A DNA stretch of 4,246 nt from the IMG/VR virus record IMGVR_UViG_2645727970_000009; one strand, 5' to 3'. This document shows, one piece after another, positions 1 to 4,246 of the stretch. The notes under the pieces were generated by a model that was not told where the DNA came from, did no database searches, and saw nothing but the letters and a program-made list of their open reading frames with translations. The stretch is from a virus. Taxonomy: Duplodnaviria > Heunggongvirae > Uroviricota > Caudoviricetes. Both the position numbers and the translations under genes were made by a program. Positions within the stretch are counted from its first letter, which is position 1. Every line of letters starts with the position of its first letter.

Positions 1-105
1 TAGGATAGCCAACCATCAGATGCTGCATTTGCATAGTGCAATCTCCCCTTACTTATCCGGAGGCAATTGCAATATCTCTGTGAACTTACACAGGAGAAGC
101 AGGCT

Positions 106-261
106 ATGAAGCAGCAAAAGGCGATGTTAATCGCCCTGATCGTCATCTGTTTAACCGTCATAGTGACGGCACTGGTAACGAGGAAAGACCTCTGCGAGGT
201 ACGAATCCGAACCGGCCAGACGGAGGTCGCTGTCTTCACAGCTTACGAACCTGAGGAGTAA
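106..261 (+). CDS. hokD: Hok/Gef-family type I toxin, 51 aa small membrane peptide
   Basis: ATG at 106 preceded by AGGAG (92-96); translation MKQQKAMLIALIVICLTVIVTALVTRKDLCEVRIRTGQTEVAVFTAYEPEE matches from memory the Hok/RelF family (single TM helix, conserved C-terminal Cys and Glu-rich tail); stop TAA 259-261. The track ORF 67..261 is the same frame extended to an upstream TTG. Confidence 0.9.
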   Translation: MKQQKAMLIALIVICLTVIVTALVTRKDLCEVRIRTGQTEVAVFTAYEPEE

Positions 262-268
262 GAGACCC

Positions 269-290
269 GGCGAGGGAGAAATCCCTCGCC
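269..290 (+). promoter_or_regulatory. Perfect 8-bp stem-loop (GGCGAGGG-agaaat-CCCTCGCC) in hok 3' UTR; candidate mRNA fold-back/stability element
   Basis: Inverted repeat read directly from sequence 8 nt after the hok stop; hok-family mRNAs are known to carry structured 3' elements (fbi) that pair with the 5' end. The 5' partner lies outside the window so pairing cannot be confirmed. Confidence 0.4.
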
Positions 291-330
291 ACCTCTGATG
301 TGGCAGGCATCCTCAACGCACCCGCACTTA

Positions 331-356
331 ACCCGCTTCGGCGGGTTTTTGTTTTT
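331..356 (+). terminator. Rho-independent terminator of the hok transcript
   Basis: ACCCGC-ttcg-GCGGGT hairpin (GC stem, 4-nt loop) followed by TTTTTGTTTTTATTTT. Confidence 0.7.
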
Positions 357-369
357 ATTTTCAACGCGT

Positions 370-399
370 TTGAAGTTCTGGACGGTGCCGGAATAGAAT
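370..399 (+). promoter_or_regulatory. Putative sigma70 promoter upstream of the rem-like gene
   Basis: TTGAAG (370-375), 18-bp spacer, TAGAAT (394-399), located downstream of the hok terminator and ~80 nt upstream of the rem start. Sequence-pattern call only. Confidence 0.3.
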
Positions 400-477
400 C
401 AAAAATACTTAAGTAGCGCGCAGGGATAAGAGGGATGGTCCCTTAAAGGGGAGAGCTAATTATCCGGAAGGATTCTG

Positions 478-729
478 ATGATGAACATCGAAGAACTGCG
501 TAAAATTTTTTGTGAAGATGGCCTCTATGCTGTGTGCGTTGAAAATGGAAATCTTGTTAGTCATTACCGCATTATGTGTTTGCGAAAGAATGGGGCTGCG
601 TTAATTAATTTTGTGGATGGTCGAGTGACAGACGGATTTATCTTGCGCGAAGGTGAGTTTGTCACTTCATTACAGGCACTGAAAGAGATCGGAATAAAAG
701 CAGGCTTTTCAGCTTTTGCAGAAGAATAA
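478..729 (+). CDS. rem: Rem-like small prophage protein (83 aa), function unknown
   Basis: ORF of 83 aa with GGAAG Shine-Dalgarno 8 nt upstream; the length and the gene order hok - 83-aa gene - DUF968 gene match the hokD-rem-ydfU arrangement of the E. coli K-12 Qin prophage as I recall it. Identity is from synteny and length, not verified alignment. Confidence 0.6.
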   Translation: MMNIEELRKIFCEDGLYAVCVENGNLVSHYRIMCLRKNGAALINFVDGRVTDGFILREGEFVTSLQALKEIGIKAGFSAFAEE

Positions 730-795
730 ACTCATCTACAATCTTGCGCGGGGCTGAACTCCCGCTGAGTAACACCGTGCCACCGGAGAAAACCG

Positions 796-1074
796 ATGGC
801 ACGCAACGTAAAATATTACAATTCTGATAATTCGCCCGTTCTTGTCTGCACGCACGAGCGGTATTCTCACGCATTCAAGTCTGAATGGTTCCAACACCCT
901 CCATGCACTGAAGAGCAGGCTGAATGGATAATTCAGTGTTACCGCAGGCGCGGATACGAGGTTAAGAAAGCCCTTAGCCTCGACTACCGTCACTGGATAA
1001 TCTCAGTCAGATTGCCTTACTCCGAACGCCCACCACGTGCGTCCCGCACTTTCCAGCAACGGATCTGGAGGTAA
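796..1074 (+). CDS. Hypothetical Cys/His-rich protein (92 aa)
   Basis: ATG at 796 with GGAGA Shine-Dalgarno (785-789, 6-nt spacer); stop TAA 1072-1074 sits inside a GGAGGTAACGTG arrangement that positions the next gene's start 1 nt downstream (translational coupling). Contains several Cys and His residues in the first 50 aa (possible metal site). No recognised family. Confidence 0.5.
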   Translation: MARNVKYYNSDNSPVLVCTHERYSHAFKSEWFQHPPCTEEQAEWIIQCYRRRGYEVKKALSLDYRHWIISVRLPYSERPPRASRTFQQRIWR

Positions 1075-1075
1075 C

Positions 1076-2125
1076 GTGCGGGTATTACTTAGACCTGTTC
1101 TGGTGCCTGAGCTTGGGCTGGTGGTCCTTAAGCCGGGCCGTGAATCCATACAGATATTTCATAATCCTCGAGTGCTGGTGGAACCGGAACCAAAAAGCAT
1201 GCGTAATCTGCCATCCGGAGTCGTTCCTGCCGTTCGCCAGCCGCTGGCGGAAGACAAAACATTGCTGCCGTTTTTTAGTAACGAACGGGTGATTCGTGCT
1301 GCTGGCGGTGTTGGCGCATTGTCTGACTGGCTATTACGTCATGTTACATCCTGCCAGTGGCCTAATGGCGATTACCATCACTCTGAAACAGTCATTCACC
1401 GTTATGGTACCGGCGCAATGGTGTTGTGTTGGCACTGCGACAACCAACTGCGTGACCAGACATCGGAATCACTGGAGCTGCTTGTTCAACAAAATCTGAC
1501 AGCATGGGTGATTGACGTCATCCGTCACGCAATAAGCGGTACGCAGGAGCGGGAATTATCTTTGGCTGAATTATCCTGGTGGGCGGTCTGCAATCAGGTG
1601 GTGGATGAACTACCTGAGGCTGTATCGCGTCGTTCGCTGGGATTACCAGCGGAAAAAATCTGCTCGGTGTACCGCGAAAGCGACATCGTACCGGGAGAGC
1701 AGACCGCCACCAGCATATTGAAACAACGCACAAAAAATCTTGCACCGTTGCCTTACGCCCACCAGCAACAAAAAACACCACAGGAAAAGACGGTGGTAAG
1801 CATCACCGTTGATCCGGAGTCTCCGGAATCCTTCATGAAACGACCTAAACGTCGCCGCTGGGTAAATGAGAAATACACACGCTGGGTAAAGACACAGCCG
1901 TGTGCGTGTTGTGGTAAGCCAGCGGACGATCCTCATCATCTGATTGGTCATGGTCAGGGTGGAATGGGAACAAAATCCCACGATATTTTCACGCTACCGC
2001 TGTGTCGGGAGCATCACAACGAGCTTCATGCGGATCCGCTGGCGTTCGAAGAAAAGCATGGTTCCCAGGTTGATTTAATTTTTCGTTTTCTTGATCACGC
2101 TTTTGCAACCGGCGTGCTCGGGTAA
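1076..2125 (+). CDS. ydfU: YdfU-like DUF968 protein (349 aa from GTG 1076) with C-terminal Cys/His HNH-like motif
   Basis: Long ORF, frame open from 1037; GTG at 1076 is preferred as the start because GGAGG (1067-1071) precedes it and it gives 349 aa, the length I recall for K-12 YdfU. C-terminus CACCGKPADDPHHLIGHG...LCREHHNELH resembles HNH / NinG(Rap)-type metal-binding nuclease motifs. Start is uncertain (alternatives GTG 1037, ATG 1199). Confidence 0.65.
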   Translation: MRVLLRPVLVPELGLVVLKPGRESIQIFHNPRVLVEPEPKSMRNLPSGVVPAVRQPLAEDKTLLPFFSNERVIRAAGGVGALSDWLLRHVTSCQWPNGDYHHSETVIHRYGTGAMVLCWHCDNQLRDQTSESLELLVQQNLTAWVIDVIRHAISGTQERELSLAELSWWAVCNQVVDELPEAVSRRSLGLPAEKICSVYRESDIVPGEQTATSILKQRTKNLAPLPYAHQQQKTPQEKTVVSITVDPESPESFMKRPKRRRWVNEKYTRWVKTQPCACCGKPADDPHHLIGHGQGGMGTKSHDIFTLPLCREHHNELHADPLAFEEKHGSQVDLIFRFLDHAFATGVLG

Positions 2126-2137
2126 AAGAGGTTACTG

Positions 2138-2512
2138 ATGCGTATAGAGTTTGTTTTGCTTTACCCGCCGACGGTGAACACCTACTGGCGACGTCGTGGC
2201 AGCACATATTTTGTATCAAAAGCCGGTGAGCGTTATCGCCGGGCTGTGGCGCTTATTGTTCGCCAGCAGCGGCTGAAATTAAGCCTGTCCGGAAGGCTGG
2301 CGATAAAGATTATTGCCGAGCCACCGGATAAGCGCCGCCGTGACCTGGACAATATTCTGAAAGCGCCGCTGGATGCGCTGACACATGCGGGGTTGCTAAT
2401 GGACGATGAGCAGTTTGATGAAATCAATATCGTTCGTGCTCAGCCAGTATCTGGTGGACGTCTGGGGGTGAAGATTTACCCCATAATGCTTGAAGGGCAG
2501 GTCAAAAAATGA
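2138..2512 (+). CDS. rusA: RusA-family Holliday junction resolvase (124 aa)
   Basis: AAGAGG Shine-Dalgarno 6 nt upstream of ATG 2138; translation contains LLYPPTVNTYW and the acidic catalytic cluster PDKRRRDLDN...LMDDEQ that parallels E. coli RusA (PDRRRRDLDN...LDDAQ, from memory); conserved position immediately upstream of Q as in lambdoid nin regions. Confidence 0.85.
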   Translation: MRIEFVLLYPPTVNTYWRRRGSTYFVSKAGERYRRAVALIVRQQRLKLSLSGRLAIKIIAEPPDKRRRDLDNILKAPLDALTHAGLLMDDEQFDEINIVRAQPVSGGRLGVKIYPIMLEGQVKK

Positions 2513-3330
2513 AACTGGAAGATTTACCGAAATACTACTCCCCAAAATCCCCCGGCCTGACTGATGCATCGGCCTCAACGTCGAAAGATACGCTGAGTAT
2601 CACTGATGTGATGGCCGCGCAGGGCATGACACAGAATTGGGCTGAGATGGGGTTTTCTGCGTTCCTTGGGAAAATGGGCATTAGTATGAATGACAGAGAG
2701 CGGGCAACAGAATTGCTGACAGAATATGCACTCAGTCGGTGTGATCGCGTGGCGGCGTTAAGAAAACTCCCGGCAGAAATAAAACCGGCAGTGATGCGTA
2801 TTATGGCTTCGTATGCGTTTGAAGATTATGCCCGTAGCGCGGCGAGCAAAAAACAGTGCCCCTGTTGTCACGGAAAAAAATTTATTGAAAGCGAGGTTTT
2901 TACAAACAAGATCCAGTATCCGGATGGTAAGCCGCCAGTGTGGGCAAAGTGCACAAAAGGCGTGTATCCGTCTTACTGGGAGGAATGGAAAAAAGTTAGG
3001 GAGGTGGTAAAAGTTGCCTGTCCGGAGTGTGGAGGGAAGGGGGAGGTTTCCACCGCCTGTAAAGATTGTCGTGGGCGCGGTGTTGCCATTCATCGTGAAG
3101 AGTCGGTAAAACGTGGTATGCCTGTTATCAGAGACTGCCAGCGTTGTGGTGGTCGTGGCTATGAAAGATTACCTTCAACGGAGGCATTTAATGCCATATG
3201 TAATGTAACCGATGCCATATCTCTTGATACATGGAAAAAAACAGTTAAACGTTTTTACGATACGCTGGTGGTGCAGTTTGATATTGAAGAAGCATGGGCA
3301 GAACAACAACTGAAAAAGGTGACCAGATAG
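2509..3330 (+). CDS. Q: Lambda-Q-family late-gene antiterminator (273 aa) with expanded Cys-rich zinc-binding region
   Basis: ATG 2509 overlaps the rusA stop (ATGA). N-terminus MKLEDLPKYYSPKSP...TDVMAAQGM, central ASYAFEDYARSAA, and C-terminus TWKKTVKRFYDTLVVQ...KKVTR parallel lambda Q (MRLESVAKFHSPKSP..., ATFAYADYCRSAA, TWSRTVKPLYDALVVQ...NAVTR, recalled). Followed immediately by a pR'/qut-like site and terminator. Confidence 0.85.
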   Translation: MKLEDLPKYYSPKSPGLTDASASTSKDTLSITDVMAAQGMTQNWAEMGFSAFLGKMGISMNDRERATELLTEYALSRCDRVAALRKLPAEIKPAVMRIMASYAFEDYARSAASKKQCPCCHGKKFIESEVFTNKIQYPDGKPPVWAKCTKGVYPSYWEEWKKVREVVKVACPECGGKGEVSTACKDCRGRGVAIHREESVKRGMPVIRDCQRCGGRGYERLPSTEAFNAICNVTDAISLDTWKKTVKRFYDTLVVQFDIEEAWAEQQLKKVTR

Positions 3331-3332
3331 CT

Positions 3333-3363
3333 TTGTTGATTTTTCCCGAATCTGTGGTAAATT
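3333..3363 (+). promoter_or_regulatory. Late promoter pR'-like (Q-dependent late operon promoter)
   Basis: -35 candidates TTGTTG (3333-3338) or TTGATT (3336-3341); -10 TAAATT (3358-3363) embedded in GGTAAATTTG, matching the lambda pR' -10 context GGGTAAATTTGACTC as I recall it; located 3 nt after the Q stop. Confidence 0.55.
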
Positions 3364-3386
3364 TGCCCTAACGATGGGCGTTTTAT
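3364..3386 (+). promoter_or_regulatory. qut-like initial transcribed region with sigma70-dependent pause-inducing element (AACGATGGG)
   Basis: AACGATGGG at 3370-3378 is identical to the -10-like pause element at the start of the lambda pR' transcript (recalled as ...CAACGATGGG...). Predicted transcription start near 3370. Confidence 0.4.
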
Positions 3387-3410
3387 GCCTGACGTTAGAA
3401 GATTTTTTAC

Positions 3411-3434
3411 ACCCGTCGCCAGGCGGGTTTTTTT
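3411..3434 (+). terminator. tR'-like rho-independent terminator of the short pR' leader transcript
   Basis: Hairpin CCCGTC-gcca-GGCGGG (3412-3427, one G-U pair) followed by seven T (3428-3434), about 65 nt downstream of the predicted start. Confidence 0.7.
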
Positions 3435-3497
3435 ATGACTGAAATCACGCCAGTACAGTAAACGCGCTGGTGGTTGTGAATACCGGTCTTTCAGCTT

Positions 3498-3930
3498 GCT
3501 GGCTTTTTCGACAAGAGTTATTGGTGTGTCACGTTAACCGGAAAAAGGAAAGTTTGAGAAACGCGATCTGGCACAGGCGGTGATTAACGCCGCATACCTG
3601 GTGGCCTGTGCAGATGGTGAATGTGAGGCTTCCTAGAAAGCGAAGATCGAACAGGTACTGCGTAATCAGCCAGCGCTGTCCGCGTTTACGTCAGAAATTA
3701 ATGCGATTAGCGCAACCATTATCGGTCAGCTGGATACGAACTTTAAAACTGGTCGTCGTGCGGCGTTACGTGAGATCGAGGATGTGAAACACGATACGCG
3801 TGAAGCGGAAGATGTGCTGGATGTGGCGGTGGCCATTGCGGAGGCAGACGGCGAAATTGAGCCGGAAGAGCGCAAGGTGCTGGAAGAGATTGCCGGTGTT
3901 CTGGGGCTTCGTCTGGAGAATCACCTGTGA
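3498..3930 (+). pseudogene. TerB-family (tellurite-resistance TerB-like) gene remnant with nonsense and frame lesions
   Basis: Frame 1 from 3538 reads PEKGKFEKRDLAQAVINAAYLVACADGECEAS*KAKIEQVL...VAIAEADGEIEPEERKVLEEIAGVLGLRLENHL*, showing the paired ADG-x-acidic motifs of TerB (recalled ...VASDGVSSEEKQKM... and ...AKSDGNFDDDEKSAVREIARSLG...). In-frame TAG at 3634-3636 sits where TerB has Glu. No in-frame start exists upstream (TAA at 3535-3537); a possible N-terminal piece (GFFDKS, frame 3) ends at TGA 3555-3557, consistent with a +1 indel in the A5 run 3542-3546. 5' boundary is approximate. Confidence 0.5.
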
Positions 3931-4094
3931 CGGTAAAACTGCGCCTGGCTGTGGCTGCACTCCTGCTGTTTCTGGTGGTGATGGTGGATTTCACCAGCAG
4001 AATCATGTCGGTGCTGGCGGATGGGGGGCTGGTCTGCGGCATTGTGGTATTGCTGTGGCCGGTGATAAAAAGAAACAGCCTGCATAATGCTTGA
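3927..4094 (+). CDS. Hypothetical small hydrophobic protein (55 aa from GTG; 37 aa if ATG 3981), probable two-helix membrane peptide
   Basis: GTG 3927 overlaps the TerB-like stop (GTGA) with GGAGA (3915-3919) 7 nt upstream; translation VTVKLRLAVAALLLFLVVMVDFTSRIMSVLADGGLVCGIVVLLWPVIKRNSLHNA has two hydrophobic stretches; stop TGA 4092-4094 followed by a T7 run. Not in the ORF track because it is shorter than 60 aa. Confidence 0.35.
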   Translation: MTVKLRLAVAALLLFLVVMVDFTSRIMSVLADGGLVCGIVVLLWPVIKRNSLHNA

Positions 4095-4150
4095 TTTTTT
4101 TGTTTACTGTTTATTAAAAATACTACTGCATGGTGAATCCCCCTGTGCGG

Positions 4151-4169
4151 CTGTCTCTTGATCAGATCT
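4151..4169. repeat. Terminal inverted repeat of the IS (IS50 IE-type 19-mer)
   Basis: Exact 19/19 match to the recalled IS50 inside-end sequence; contains two GATC Dam sites. Confidence 0.7.
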
Positions 4170-4183
4170 CCTGATCAAGAGAC
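4153..4183. repeat. Perfect 13-5-13 palindrome (GTCTCTTGATCAG-atctc-CTGATCAAGAGAC) carrying three GATC sites
   Basis: Read directly from sequence; arms are exact reverse complements; overlaps the IS terminal repeat and the last codons of the transposase. Confidence 0.9.
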
Positions 4184-4246
4184 TTCATCACCAGGTAACC
4201 CTCAACCATATCCTGAAGTCTGAACCAGCCATCCCACATGACGACC
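4162..4246 (-). CDS. Transposase C-terminal fragment (IS50/Tn5 Tnp-like), partial, 28 codons in window
   Basis: Minus-strand translation ...VVMWDGWFRLQDMVEGYLVMKSLDQEI* resembles the Tn5 transposase C-terminus (...ALWEGWEALQSKLDGFLAAKDLMAQGIKI*, recalled); stop is the reverse complement of TCA at 4162-4164. Confidence 0.6.
   Translation of the reverse strand, partial: VVMWDGWFRLQDMVEGYLVMKSLDQEI

Larger units (their letters stand above)
4151..4246 (-). mobile_element. Terminus of an IS50-like (IS4-family) insertion sequence; element continues beyond the right edge
   Basis: 19-bp terminal sequence CTGTCTCTTGATCAGATCT (4151-4169) is identical to the IS50/Tn5 inside end as I recall it, and the adjacent minus-strand reading frame encodes a transposase C-terminus whose stop codon lies inside the terminal repeat, exactly as in IS50. 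Confidence 0.7.

Noticed and set aside
67-261. 64-aa ORF starting at TTG 67 in the hok frame
   Set aside because: Hok-family toxins are about 50 aa and the ATG at 106 has its own AGGAG ribosome-binding site; the TTG extension is just the upstream in-frame stretch. It is not mok, which would be in a different frame.
748-765. GC-rich hairpin GCGGGG-ctgaa-CTCCCGC after the rem stop
   Set aside because: No downstream T-run, so it is unlikely to be an intrinsic terminator; could be incidental.
662-993. Minus-strand ORFs 662..874 and 736..993
   Set aside because: They overlap the ends of the rem-like and 92-aa genes on the opposite strand, have no recognisable ribosome-binding site or family resemblance, and look like shadow ORFs.
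1296-1981. Nested or antisense ORFs inside ydfU (1296..1499 +, 1518..1781 -, 1643..1981 -)
   Set aside because: They lie entirely within the long conserved DUF968 reading frame in other frames or strands with low-complexity, Arg/Cys-rich translations typical of frame shadows.
1989-2578. Minus-strand ORFs 1989..2219, 2233..2427 and 2396..2578 opposite ydfU/rusA/Q
   Set aside because: Antisense to well-supported genes with recognisable families (RusA catalytic motif, Q blocks); no independent signals.
2758-3093. ORFs 2758..3093 (-) and 2813..3010 (+) inside the Q gene
   Set aside because: Alternative-frame shadows of the Q reading frame; Q frame shows clear homology blocks, these do not.
3435-3461. 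Eight-codon ORF MTEITPVQ starting right after the tR' T-run
   Set aside because: Too short, no ribosome-binding site, and it sits in a region that looks like a decayed junction; probably not a gene.
3743-4087. ORFs 3743..4042 (-), 3766..3960 (-) and 3800..4087 (+)
   Set aside because: They overlap the TerB-like frame and the small hydrophobic ORF in other frames; translations are Arg/Trp/Pro-rich with no motif, whereas frame 1 shows TerB motifs.
4095-4150. AT-rich stretch with promoter-like hexamers between the small ORF and the IS end
   Set aside because: Several weak -35/-10 combinations are possible but none is convincing; the T-run more plausibly ends the upstream transcript. Low information.
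1-4246. Searched for tRNA, rRNA, CRISPR repeats and integrase attachment sites
   Set aside because: No cloverleaf-compatible segments, no regularly spaced direct repeats and no tandem repeat arrays were seen; lambdoid tRNA morons known from Stx phages downstream of Q are absent here.

Overview
This window looks like the delayed-early/late regulatory segment of a Qin-like lambdoid (cryptic) prophage from an enterobacterium, most likely E. coli or Shigella. Left to right on the + strand: a Hok-family type I toxin gene (hokD-like) with its 3' stem-loop and intrinsic terminator; a Rem-like 83-aa gene; then a tightly coupled chain of a Cys/His-rich 92-aa ORF, a YdfU/DUF968 protein, the RusA Holliday-junction resolvase and a lambda-Q-family antiterminator. 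Directly after Q is a lambda-like late promoter (pR') with a qut-like pause element and a short-leader intrinsic terminator (tR'). Where a lysis cassette would normally follow, there is instead a decayed TerB-family gene (no start codon, probable frameshift, in-frame amber stop), a small hydrophobic ORF coupled to it, and the terminus of an IS50-like (IS4-family) insertion sequence running off the right edge. No rRNA, tRNA or CRISPR array was found. All homology statements rest on recalled sequences, not a database search.
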